Shown here piece by piece: positions 48,691 to 57,457 of a stretch of DNA of 57,867 bases. The notes below the pieces were generated by a model. That model worked only from the letters and a program-made list of their open reading frames with translations. It made no database searches and was not told where the DNA came from. Position 1 is the first letter of the stretch. Each line of letters begins with the position of its first letter. The position numbers were made by a program, and so were the translations under genes. Source of the DNA: Actinomycetota bacterium (lineage in GTDB: Bacteria > Actinomycetota > Actinomycetes > Nanopelagicales > Nanopelagicaceae); assembly GCA_005789205.1 (NCBI GenBank), contig SXYM01000011.1, forward strand, positions 1 through 57,867, read 5' to 3'.

Positions 48691-49916
48691 CTCAATCCGC
48701 CGCGGCGATATGGAATTCCATCGGCAGCTGGCATTCGTAGTCTCTGAGATGCCAATGCCATCACTAGAATTGTTGCAATGTAAGGGGTCATAGTTACCAA
48801 TTGACCAGGTAACTCATCGACTGCAAAAAAGAACCAAAGTGTAAATCCTGCCGATGCAAGACTTAAAATCGCACTTAATTGCTTACCGTTTTTAAACTTT
48901 CTAAAGGCAACAAAGGCCAAAATCACAACAATAAACAGTAGTAATGCATGAATTGCAGCTGAATCCCGAAGTTGCAGTGCATCTGCAAAACCAAAGAGGC
49001 TTGCACCTGCTAATAATCCACCAGGCCGATAATTTCCAAAGAGCAGCGCCGCTAAACCAATATATCCGCGACCAGCAACCTGGTTCTCTTGATAGTTACT
49101 TGCAGCCACTATTGCCAAGAATCCTCCACCTAGTCCTGCAAATCCACCTGATATTAGAACTCCTGCATACTTCATTGCGTAGACATTTACACCCAGTGAT
49201 TCTGCGGCAACTGGCGCTTCCCCTGCACTACGAAGACGCAGGCCAAAGGAAGTGCGCCATAAGAGGAAGTAAGCAAGCGGAACAAAAGAGATGGCCACCA
49301 CAGTTACATATGAAACATCACCGGTTAGTCCGCGAAGAATTGCAGCCATATCTGAGATAAAGAACCAATTCAAATTAGCCACAGATCCCAATAGGTCTGG
49401 GCTCTTCCAGCCAAAATAGTGACCGCCAGAAAGCACCGGTAAACCATTGACTGAGATAGTTTCAATTCCAGGTGATTGGGATGGACCTGGCCATGATCCA
49501 CCTTGATAGAGCAAAGTAGATAAATAACGAACCAAACCTGCAGCAATAATATTTATTGCAACTCCGGAAACTACATGATCAACGCCAAAAGTTACTGTTG
49601 CAATTGCATGAACCAATGCTCCGATTGAACCAAAAATAATCGCAGCTAATAAACCAGCCCAAGGGCCATGTTGGGAACCAATGTATCCGCCTGCCCAAGC
49701 ACCCATGATCATCATTCCTTCAAGCCCAATGTTGACCACACCTGCGCGCTCAGAAAATAACCCACCCAGCGCAGCAAGAACTATTGGAACAGATAGAAGT
49801 AAGGCTGCAGATGCGGTACCTGAACTTGTTATATCCGATGCACCTGTGATGATGCGGATTGAGGCTAATACAAAAACTAGCATTGTTGCGTAGCGCAAAA
49901 TCTTTATTACTTTCAT
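48687..49916 (-). CDS. nucleoside ABC transporter permease (NupC-like)
   Basis: ERAGVVNIGLEG, GLRLRSAGE, GRGYIGLAA. Confidence 0.9.
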   Translation of the reverse strand: MKVIKILRYATMLVFVLASIRIITGASDITSSGTASAALLLSVPIVLAALGGLFSERAGVVNIGLEGMMIMGAWAGGYIGSQHGPWAGLLAAIIFGSIGALVHAIATVTFGVDHVVSGVAINIIAAGLVRYLSTLLYQGGSWPGPSQSPGIETISVNGLPVLSGGHYFGWKSPDLLGSVANLNWFFISDMAAILRGLTGDVSYVTVVAISFVPLAYFLLWRTSFGLRLRSAGEAPVAAESLGVNVYAMKYAGVLISGGFAGLGGGFLAIVAASNYQENQVAGRGYIGLAALLFGNYRPGGLLAGASLFGFADALQLRDSAAIHALLLFIVVILAFVAFRKFKNGKQLSAILSLASAGFTLWFFFAVDELPGQLVTMTPYIATILVMALASQRLRMPAADGIPYRRGGLR

Positions 49917-51031
49917 GCCTGCACCACCTTTGCTAGCTCTTTACTTTGCAAAGTCAGCTTAAAACGTCTGACAACTTCATATGCGACCACTGAACTCAAA
50001 AGAATTGAGCCCTGCATAATCACATAGGTCTCAGGTGCGATATCGATAAGCTCTAAAGCTCTGGAGCTCACTTCTAGGAAACCAAACAGAAGAGCACTTA
50101 CCGCCATCCCACCGGCAGAGTTACGGCCTAGAAGTGCAACAGCAATTGCAGAGAAACCAATACCCGCGCGAAAGCCTAGGTTGTAGGAATGGGTTTGCCC
50201 TAAGACTTCAGGCAGACCCGAAAGACCTGCAATTGCACCAGAAATTACAAGAGCGATGAAGATCATTTTCTTCGAGTTCACTCCACTCACACGAGCGGCA
50301 ATTGGGTTTAAACCTGAAGCACGAAGTTCAAATCCAAATCGTGTGCGATTAACAACAAACCAGAAAATAAATCCCAGCACAACTGCAACAAAAAACATTC
50401 CATATACGCCACCACCCGGTTGATCTTCAACACCTAATTTGCGAAGCAATGGCATTAAATCTGGAACTTGAGCAGATACAGGAAGTTCTTTAGTTTGAAG
50501 GTTATTTGAGCCTTCCTCAACTAAAGCAAAGTGTTTGGAAAGTAGGTAAGCAGACAAACCACCAGCCAAACTATTCAACATAATAGTTGAGATAACTTCG
50601 TTAACACCACGCTTTACTTTTAAGTAAGCAGCAATTGCTGCCCATAACCCACCAAATGTCATTGCAACTATAAAGACTGCCGCAACATGAAGTACCGGAG
50701 GAAGAACAAACATCGCTCCGATATAACAACTAAATAAGGCTCCAAGTCGTAGTTGGCCCTCAACACCAATATTGAACAAACCTGCTCTAAAAGTTACAGC
50801 AATTGCAATAGCTGCAATGTAATATGGAGTAGCAGTATTAAGTACTTCCATTAAAGAACCAGCTTGAGTTCCAAACTCCCACATGGTTTTAAATGCTTCT
50901 ACTGGAGATTTCTTACTTGCAATAACAGCAAGACTTGAGATGAGAATGGAGAAGATTGCTGCGGCAAGCGGAGCGGCTATTGCTAAAGCAACTTTGCTGG
51001 GTGTGAACCTTCTTGAGAGCGTATTACTCAT
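49913..51031 (-). CDS. nucleoside ABC transporter permease (NupB-like)
   Basis: GLFNIGVEGQ, NEVISTIMLN, GFELRA.G.N, IAVALLGRN. Confidence 0.9.
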   Translation of the reverse strand: MSNTLSRRFTPSKVALAIAAPLAAAIFSILISSLAVIASKKSPVEAFKTMWEFGTQAGSLMEVLNTATPYYIAAIAIAVTFRAGLFNIGVEGQLRLGALFSCYIGAMFVLPPVLHVAAVFIVAMTFGGLWAAIAAYLKVKRGVNEVISTIMLNSLAGGLSAYLLSKHFALVEEGSNNLQTKELPVSAQVPDLMPLLRKLGVEDQPGGGVYGMFFVAVVLGFIFWFVVNRTRFGFELRASGLNPIAARVSGVNSKKMIFIALVISGAIAGLSGLPEVLGQTHSYNLGFRAGIGFSAIAVALLGRNSAGGMAVSALLFGFLEVSSRALELIDIAPETYVIMQGSILLSSVVAYEVVRRFKLTLQSKELAKVVQA

Positions 51032-52533
51032 GCTGCACCTGTCATTGCTGAGCCGAGCTGCTCTGGTGTAGTTTTTGCTGGATCTAGTTCAGCGGTAATT
51101 GTTCCACGTAACATAACCAGCAAACGGTCGGACATTCCAATTAACTCTTCTAAGTCAGCTGAAATTAAAACAATTGCCATTCCCTTTTCTCGGGCTTTGC
51201 GAAGAATGTCCCAAATCGCACCTTGTGCGCCAACATCAACACCGCGTGTTGGATGTGAGGCCACCAATAAAGCTGGTGCTTTGCTCATTTCGCGACCAAC
51301 AATAAACTTTTGTTGATTACCTCCAGATAGTGCAGCCGCCAAAGTATCCGGTCCGGGTGCACGCACATCAAAATCTTGCATAATTGTTCGAGTGCTCTCG
51401 ATAGTGGCCTTTTTATCAATTACAAATCCGCGCATTACGGGCTTGCTGCGTTGGTGGCCAAGAATTCTGTTCTCCCATAATGGCGAAGTCATCATGAGAG
51501 CTTGTCGTTGACGATCCTCTGGGATCAGCCCGATGCCTAAATCATGACGATCGGCCACGCTTAATTCATCAATATTAGAACCGTTAAATTCAATTGAACC
51601 TGTGTAATCACGTAATCCCATGATTGCTTCAACAAGCTCGGCCTGGCCATTTCCTTCAACACCGGCAATTCCAACAACTTCTCCTGCATGTAGATTAAAA
51701 GTTATATTTGAAATTAAATCTCGGCTACCAGTTGCAGTTGCAATTGAAACTTCCTTAAGCGCCAAAGTGACTTCATTTCGACGTGTGTGTCCAAGAGTTG
51801 ATGGTTTTGGAAGCTCACTTCCAACCATAAGTTCTGCCAACTGACGCGCTGTTACCTCTTTTGCTTTGACTTGGGCAACAGTGGATCCTTGCCGAACCAC
51901 TGTGACTTCATCGGCAACACGTAAAACTTCATCGAGCTTGTGAGAAATGAAGATCACTGCCATACCTTTTGAACGAAGCCCCTCTAAAGCTTGGAAGAGG
52001 TCGTCTACTTCCTGAGGAACGAGAACAGCAGTGGGCTCATCAAAAATCAAGATATTTGCACCTCGGAATAAAACTTTCAAAATCTCAACGCGTTGACGCT
52101 GTCCAACACCCAACTGTTCTACTAAGACATCAGGATCTATTTCTAAACCATACTGCTCTGCCATTTCGACAACTTTTTTGCGAGCGCCAGAAAAATCAAT
52201 AGTTGCTCCATGTGTAGGCTCAGAGCCTAAAATGATGTTTTCAAGTACTGTAAAATTATCAGCTAACATGAAGTGTTGGTGAACCATGCCAATACCAGTA
52301 TCGATAGCATCATTTGGGTTCTTAAAATGCACTTGCTTACCATTAACGAAAATCTCGCCACCGTCTGGGCGTTGCATGCCATACAAAATCTTCATAACGG
52401 TGGATTTACCTGCACCGTTTTCACCAACTAGGGCGTGGACTGTCCCTGTTTCAACTTTCATCGAAACATCTTTATTTGCGATTACGCCTGGGAAGTGCTT
52501 GGAGATGTGTCGCAGTTCAACAGCTACAGACAC
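51028..52533 (-). CDS. nucleoside ABC transporter ATPase with two ABC domains (NupA-like)
   Basis: GENGAGKST, GMVHQHF, DEPTAVL, LSGGNQQK, PTRGVD. Confidence 0.93.
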   Translation of the reverse strand: MSVAVELRHISKHFPGVIANKDVSMKVETGTVHALVGENGAGKSTVMKILYGMQRPDGGEIFVNGKQVHFKNPNDAIDTGIGMVHQHFMLADNFTVLENIILGSEPTHGATIDFSGARKKVVEMAEQYGLEIDPDVLVEQLGVGQRQRVEILKVLFRGANILIFDEPTAVLVPQEVDDLFQALEGLRSKGMAVIFISHKLDEVLRVADEVTVVRQGSTVAQVKAKEVTARQLAELMVGSELPKPSTLGHTRRNEVTLALKEVSIATATGSRDLISNITFNLHAGEVVGIAGVEGNGQAELVEAIMGLRDYTGSIEFNGSNIDELSVADRHDLGIGLIPEDRQRQALMMTSPLWENRILGHQRSKPVMRGFVIDKKATIESTRTIMQDFDVRAPGPDTLAAALSGGNQQKFIVGREMSKAPALLVASHPTRGVDVGAQGAIWDILRKAREKGMAIVLISADLEELIGMSDRLLVMLRGTITAELDPAKTTPEQLGSAMTGAA

Positions 52534-52567
52534 TTATTTACTCTCCTTTGAGTTGATTGTTAAAAGC

Positions 52568-52610
52568 ATTTGGCCCAACAAGGAGATTTAACTCCATTGT
52601 TGGGCCAAAT
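52568..52610 (-). terminator. intra-operon stem-loop after the solute-binding-protein gene (partial terminator or mRNA stabiliser)
   Basis: ATTTGGCCCAACAA-GGAG / CTCC-a-TTGTTGGGCCAAAT inverted repeat; followed by GCUUUU on the minus strand. Confidence 0.75.
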
Positions 52611-52629
52611 ACCACTCTTTAGTAAGCGA

Positions 52630-53682
52630 TTATGGCTTGGTTGGAACCTTGATCTTGCCAGACTTAATCGCTGCTGCAGCCTTATCGATTGCAGCCTTGT
52701 ACTTGGTGATGTATCCGCCAGAGTATGAAACTCCAACGCCATCCAACGCCAAGTTGTACTGACGACCATAGATACCTGATTCATCAAGAACATCGTTTAC
52801 AGATGAGCCTGCAACAGCTGTTGCAATCACGTCGTAAACGGCGCGGTCAACGCGCTTAATCATTGATGTAAGCATGTTCTTCTTCTCAGCAGCTGAAGCT
52901 GTTAGGTACTGATCTGAGTCAACTCCGATAGTCCAAACCTTCTTGCCAGCCTTTGCCGCATCTGTAGCAGCTGCGAAGTTACCCGCACCTGATCCACCTG
53001 CAGCTGAGTAAATAACATCGATACCCTTATCGATCATTCCCTTAGCAATAACTTTTGCTTTTGCTGGGTCATTGAAACCACCAAAGTCAGGTGGCTCTGT
53101 GACGTACTTGACGTCAACGGTTGCTGACTTCTTTGTTGCCTTAACACCAGCAACGAATCCAGCCTCAAACTTCTGTAGTAGTGGAATACGTACTCCACCG
53201 ATGTAACCGATCTTTCCTGACTTTGATGCAAGAGCTGCAGCAACACCTGCTAGGTATGAGCCCTGCTCTTCAGCAAATACAAGACCTGCAACGTTTAGTA
53301 GATCTACTGATGAATCATCGATAATTCCAAATGAAACATTTGGATAATCTGATGCAACGGCCTTGATTGGACCCGCATACAAGAAACCAACTGCGATGAT
53401 TGGATTATATCCAGCCTTTGCTAGCAAGCGGAGCTTGTCTTCGCGCTCTGAGTCAGAACCTACTGTGACAGTAACTTCTCTTGCGCTAACACCAAACTTC
53501 TTCTTTGCAAGATCAAGACCAGCTGCGGCAGAGTCATTGAAAGACTTGTCTCCGCGGCCACCGATGTCATAAGCAAGTCCAACTTTTACCTTTGATGCTG
53601 CAGTAGCTGATGGTGCAACAAATGCAGTTGCTGCAATAGCTGCTGCAGCGATAACTGCTACGAGACGAAATACTTTCTTCAA
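52630..53682 (-). CDS. BMP/PnrA family nucleoside-binding protein
   Basis: GGRGDKSFND, IIAVGF, FAEEQGSYLAG, IGVDSDQ, TSMIKRVD; TTG start with AAGGAGG SD; N-terminal signal peptide. Confidence 0.92.
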   Translation of the reverse strand: MKKVFRLVAVIAAAAIAATAFVAPSATAASKVKVGLAYDIGGRGDKSFNDSAAAGLDLAKKKFGVSAREVTVTVGSDSEREDKLRLLAKAGYNPIIAVGFLYAGPIKAVASDYPNVSFGIIDDSSVDLLNVAGLVFAEEQGSYLAGVAAALASKSGKIGYIGGVRIPLLQKFEAGFVAGVKATKKSATVDVKYVTEPPDFGGFNDPAKAKVIAKGMIDKGIDVIYSAAGGSGAGNFAAATDAAKAGKKVWTIGVDSDQYLTASAAEKKNMLTSMIKRVDRAVYDVIATAVAGSSVNDVLDESGIYGRQYNLALDGVGVSYSGGYITKYKAAIDKAAAAIKSGKIKVPTKP

Positions 53683-53748
53683 TTTTCCTCCTTCAAGGGG
53701 CTCTCCTACACCAACTCAACGCCGACATAAGAGCTCTGTGTGTAAGTG

Positions 53749-53778
53749 AGCCTAGTAGTTGTGCATGAATAAACTCAA
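53749..53778 (-). promoter_or_regulatory. putative promoter of the nucleoside transporter operon (-35 TTGAGT, 18 bp spacer, -10 TAGGCT)
   Basis: Minus strand reads TTGAGT-ttattcatgcacaactac-TAGGCT; the same -10 hexamer precedes other genes in this window. Confidence 0.55.
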
Positions 53779-53858
53779 CACACGCCAGCAGATTTAGGCG
53801 CAAGGCATGTAACGTTTTGGATAAGTCTCAACCTGGAGTTGATACTGCTAGTGCTGGA

Positions 53859-54857
53859 TTACTTAACCATCCCCAGGTTTTCATAGGCCTTTTCAAGGGT
53901 TTGTGACGCCACTACACGGGCTTTTGTTGCCCCGCCATGCAAAATATCCAGCAAGTGCTTCTCATCGCTCAATAATTCAACTGCCTTAGCGCGAATAGGT
54001 CGAAGATATTCAACGAGAACCTCGGCTACAGCCCCTTTAAAGTCGCCATAACCCTTGCCATCAAATTCTGCTTCTAAAGCAGGGATTGTTTTTCCCGAAA
54101 GCGCACTGTGAATTGTCAGTAAATTACTAATTCCAGGCTTTTCGCTTTCATCGAATTTCACTTCGCGGCCAGCATCAGTGGCCGCACTCTTAATTTTCTT
54201 GGCATTTGATTCTGGGGTATCCATTAACTCCAAAACACCTGCAGCAGAGCCAGATGATTTACTCATCTTGGCTGATGGATCTTGAAGGTCTTGGATTTTA
54301 GCTGCAGTTTTTAAAATAAAGTTTTCTGGGATCGTAAAAGTTTGACCAAAGCGAGTATTAAAGCGCCCTGCTAAGTCACGTGTTAACTCAATGTGCTGGC
54401 GCTGATCTTCACCGACAGGAACTAAGTTTGCTTGATACAACAAAATATCTGCTGCCTGCAACATTGGGTATGTAAAAAGTCCAACACGGGCAGAATCAGA
54501 TCCACCCTTTGCAGATTTATCTTTGAACTGTGTCATACGACTTGCTTCGCCAAAACCAGCCATGCATTCCATGAGCCAACCCAATTGATTGTGTTGTGGA
54601 ACTTGTGACTGAACAAATAGCGTTGACTTTTCGGGTGAAATTCCTAGAGCAATTAACTGCGCAGCAGAAGCTAATGTCCGCTTGCGCAATAGGGCTGGTT
54701 CGATTTCGCCAGTGAGTGCATGCAAATCCACAATGCAATAAAAAGCATCATGGCCTTCTTGTAAATCTACCCACTGCTTAACGGCGCCTAAGTAGTTACC
54801 CAGGTGGAAAGAATCACTAGTTGGCTGGATTCCAGATAAAACTCGCTTGACGCTCAT
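53859..54857 (-). CDS. trpS: tryptophan--tRNA ligase
   Basis: [37 protein letters not shown]. Confidence 0.96.
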   Translation of the reverse strand: MSVKRVLSGIQPTSDSFHLGNYLGAVKQWVDLQEGHDAFYCIVDLHALTGEIEPALLRKRTLASAAQLIALGISPEKSTLFVQSQVPQHNQLGWLMECMAGFGEASRMTQFKDKSAKGGSDSARVGLFTYPMLQAADILLYQANLVPVGEDQRQHIELTRDLAGRFNTRFGQTFTIPENFILKTAAKIQDLQDPSAKMSKSSGSAAGVLELMDTPESNAKKIKSAATDAGREVKFDESEKPGISNLLTIHSALSGKTIPALEAEFDGKGYGDFKGAVAEVLVEYLRPIRAKAVELLSDEKHLLDILHGGATKARVVASQTLEKAYENLGMVK

Positions 54858-54876
54858 GCGCTAATTCTTTCACACA

Positions 54877-56172
54877 TCATGCGTTACGAGAGATTAATAG
54901 CTGGCCAGCGCGCTTGCCCTCCATAGAAAGCACTGTAACTCGCACTCCATCGACCACTACTACATCATGGTCCTTAGGAATTCGACCTAAGTGATGCATA
55001 ACGAAGCCACTAGCTGTTTCATATGGACCATCGGGAATTTCTAAGCCTGTCTGCTCCATTAAATCCTCAATCGAAATGAGCCCATCGACTTCAAAGTCTC
55101 CGGTTCGTGACTCAATGGCAACTTCTAACTCATCTTCGTCAAATTCATCTCTGATATCACCGATTAAGCACTCCACTAAATCTTCCAAGGTCACAATGCC
55201 ATCAGTACCACCATATTCGTCAAGAACGATTGCGACGTGCTGGCCTTGTTTGCGCATCTCAGAAAGTGCGGGCAGAATTCCTTTTGTTCCAGGTAAAAAG
55301 ATTATGAATCGAACTAGTTCAATTATCTTTGTTTCTTTGGTTGCCAAAGAAGTATCAAGTAAATCGCGCACATGAATAAAGCCAATTACTTCATCGGAAG
55401 AACCCCGAATGACTGGATAACGAGAATGGGCTTTTTCTACTGCTAAATCAATGGCCTTGCCAACAGTTAATGAAACATCCATGAAATCAACTTCTGTACG
55501 TGGAACCATAACTTCATGGATTTGGCGCTCGGAGGCGTTAAAGACTTCTTCAACAATGTCTCGCTCTTCATCGCTTAATGCGGCATGGCCAGAGACAAGA
55601 TCTAATAACTCTTCTTCAGAGATTTGGCTTCGTGCCTCTTTGGGATCGATGCCAAATATGCGCAAAACAAAGTCTGTAGATCTTGAAAGTAGCCATATCA
55701 ATGGACGGAAAATGTTTGCAACGACATTAATGATTCCAGCCGTTGCCATTGCAATTTCCTCTGCTTTAAATAGAGCCACTCTCTTTGGCACTAACTCGCC
55801 AAAAACTAAAGAGAAGTAAGCAATCACCAAGGTGACACCAAGAAGTGAAATAGTCGTACTCCAGGTGTTGGAAATGCCTAGAGACTCCAGCCAAGGAATG
55901 ACGTAGTCACCTAGTTGATCAGCGCCAAGGGCAGCAGAGAGAAAGCCGCTTACTGTTACACCAATTTGAACCGCAGCCAGCAATCGGTTGGGGTGCGCGG
56001 CTAGGGCTGCGACGCGAGCGCCACGTTTGCCACGGGTCGAAATTTCTCGGACTTGACTATCTCGAAGTGAGATGAGGGCGATTTCAGCTGCTACGAAGAA
56101 TGAGGCCAGAACAATAAGCCCAGCGATCAGGGCTAAATCTGTAAGTAACGTACCGACCGAGTGAGTCTCCAT
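54877..56172 (-). CDS. CNNM/CBS/CorC-HlyC domain membrane protein (Mg/Co homeostasis family)
   Basis: FVAAEIAL, VQIGVT, GELVPK, VMVPR, HSRYPV, DEYGGT.G.VTLED. Confidence 0.9.
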   Translation of the reverse strand: METHSVGTLLTDLALIAGLIVLASFFVAAEIALISLRDSQVREISTRGKRGARVAALAAHPNRLLAAVQIGVTVSGFLSAALGADQLGDYVIPWLESLGISNTWSTTISLLGVTLVIAYFSLVFGELVPKRVALFKAEEIAMATAGIINVVANIFRPLIWLLSRSTDFVLRIFGIDPKEARSQISEEELLDLVSGHAALSDEERDIVEEVFNASERQIHEVMVPRTEVDFMDVSLTVGKAIDLAVEKAHSRYPVIRGSSDEVIGFIHVRDLLDTSLATKETKIIELVRFIIFLPGTKGILPALSEMRKQGQHVAIVLDEYGGTDGIVTLEDLVECLIGDIRDEFDEDELEVAIESRTGDFEVDGLISIEDLMEQTGLEIPDGPYETASGFVMHHLGRIPKDHDVVVVDGVRVTVLSMEGKRAGQLLISRNA

Positions 56173-56268
56173 TAGGTTCCTAACTATACGGCAAGGCTAT
56201 AAAGGCCGGCCTAGCAAAATTGTGTCTTAGCGCGTAACCTTCGGTGCGTTGGTCCACCCGGACCATCA

Positions 56269-56311
56269 CCTTCATCCACGGACCGTCGGGCACGTACCTG
56301 CCCGGAGAAGG
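56269..56311 (+). ncRNA. msiK RNA motif (cis-regulatory leader)
   Basis: CCUUC...CGGGCA-CGUACC-UGCCCG..GAAGG: a hairpin with CGUAC loop and an outer stem that pairs with the SD, directly upstream of msiK. Confidence 0.75.
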
Positions 56312-56322
56312 AGAGCAATCTC

Positions 56323-57402
56323 ATGGCATCAGTAGTTTTCGAAGCCGCATCACGTATCTATCCAGGAACAACTGCACCTGCTGTCGATAAATTAAATCTC
56401 ACTGTCAATGACGGTGAGTTTTTAGTTTTGGTCGGACCATCAGGTTGCGGTAAGTCAACATCCCTTCGTATGTTGGCAGGACTTGAAGAAGTCGATAACG
56501 GAAGAATCTTGATCGGCGATCGCGACGTTACAAACGTTGCACCAAAAGATCGCGATATTGCGATGGTATTCCAGTCATATGCGTTATACCCACACATGAC
56601 AGTTGCAGAAAATATGGGCTTCGCACTAAAGATCGCTGGAACTCCAAAAGAAGAACGTGAACGTCGCGTTCTTGAAGCAGCTAAGTTGCTCGACCTTGAG
56701 CCATACCTAGAGCGCAAGCCAAAAGCTCTTTCAGGTGGACAGCGTCAGCGCGTTGCTATGGGCCGCGCAATTGTTCGCGAACCTCAGGTTTTCCTTATGG
56801 ACGAACCTCTCTCAAACCTTGATGCGAAGTTGCGCGTAGCAACTCGTACACAGATCGCTGCATTGCAGCGTCGCTTAGGAATCACAACTGTTTATGTAAC
56901 ACACGACCAGGTTGAAGCTATGACTATGGGTGATCGTGTTGCAGTGCTTAAGGATGGCTTGCTCCAGCAAGTAGACACACCTCGTAATCTCTATGACAAT
57001 CCAGCAAATGCATTCGTTGCAGGCTTTATTGGTTCTCCTGCCATGAACTTGCTTAACGCCCCAATCGTGGGCGGCAAAGCGATGCTTGGAAATCTTGGTA
57101 TCGCAGTACCAGCATCTGCTGGCAATGAAGTAACTGTCGGTGTTCGCCCAGAAGGCTTCACACCATCATCTGATGGTTTCCACGTTTTGGTTGAAGTAGT
57201 TGAAGAACTTGGTTCAGATGCTTTCGTTTATGGAAAGCCTGCAGATACAAATGTTAAGTTCGCTAACGCAACTGATGAAGGCGCACAAATCATTGTTCGC
57301 TGGGATCCAAAGAATCCTCCAAAGGCTGGTCAAACAATCACTGTCACTGCAAATTCAAGTGCAGTTCACTTGTTCAACTCAACAACTGGAGAGCGTATTT
57401 AA
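56323..57402 (+). CDS. msiK: multiple-sugar ABC transporter ATPase (orphan, shared)
   Basis: GPSGCGKST, VFQSYALYPHM, LSGGQRQRVAMGRA, DEPLSNLDAKLR, TOBE tail; no adjacent permease. Confidence 0.92.
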   Translation: MASVVFEAASRIYPGTTAPAVDKLNLTVNDGEFLVLVGPSGCGKSTSLRMLAGLEEVDNGRILIGDRDVTNVAPKDRDIAMVFQSYALYPHMTVAENMGFALKIAGTPKEERERRVLEAAKLLDLEPYLERKPKALSGGQRQRVAMGRAIVREPQVFLMDEPLSNLDAKLRVATRTQIAALQRRLGITTVYVTHDQVEAMTMGDRVAVLKDGLLQQVDTPRNLYDNPANAFVAGFIGSPAMNLLNAPIVGGKAMLGNLGIAVPASAGNEVTVGVRPEGFTPSSDGFHVLVEVVEELGSDAFVYGKPADTNVKFANATDEGAQIIVRWDPKNPPKAGQTITVTANSSAVHLFNSTTGERI

Positions 57403-57410
57403 GCTATTAA

Positions 57411-57452
57411 ATAAGAAAACCCGCCGTATAGATACGGCGGGTATTTTTATTA
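57411..57452. terminator. bidirectional intrinsic terminator between msiK and icd
   Basis: ACCCGCCGTA-taga-TACGGCGGGT stem (57419-57442) flanked by an A-rich run on the left and a T-rich run on the right. Confidence 0.88.
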
Positions 57453-57457
57453 AATTT

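Noticed and set aside
52560-52793. 77-aa ORF spanning the stem-loop
   Set aside because: It overlaps the BMP gene out of frame and crosses the hairpin, with no SD or motif support.
53683-53858. Purine or 2'-dG riboswitch before the nucleoside transporter
   Set aside because: The conserved purine-aptamer core and three-way junction are not recognisable; only a single hairpin is seen.
54877-56172. 'Hemolysin' as a toxin
   Set aside because: The CNNM-CBS-CorC architecture indicates a metal-homeostasis membrane protein.
1397-56717. Many 60-170 aa antisense or alternate-frame ORFs in the track (e.g. 1397-1915, 3427-3852, 28501-28965, 43380-43829, 48944-49360)
   Set aside because: They lie opposite or within well-supported genes, have no recognisable motifs, and are expected shadows of codon bias.
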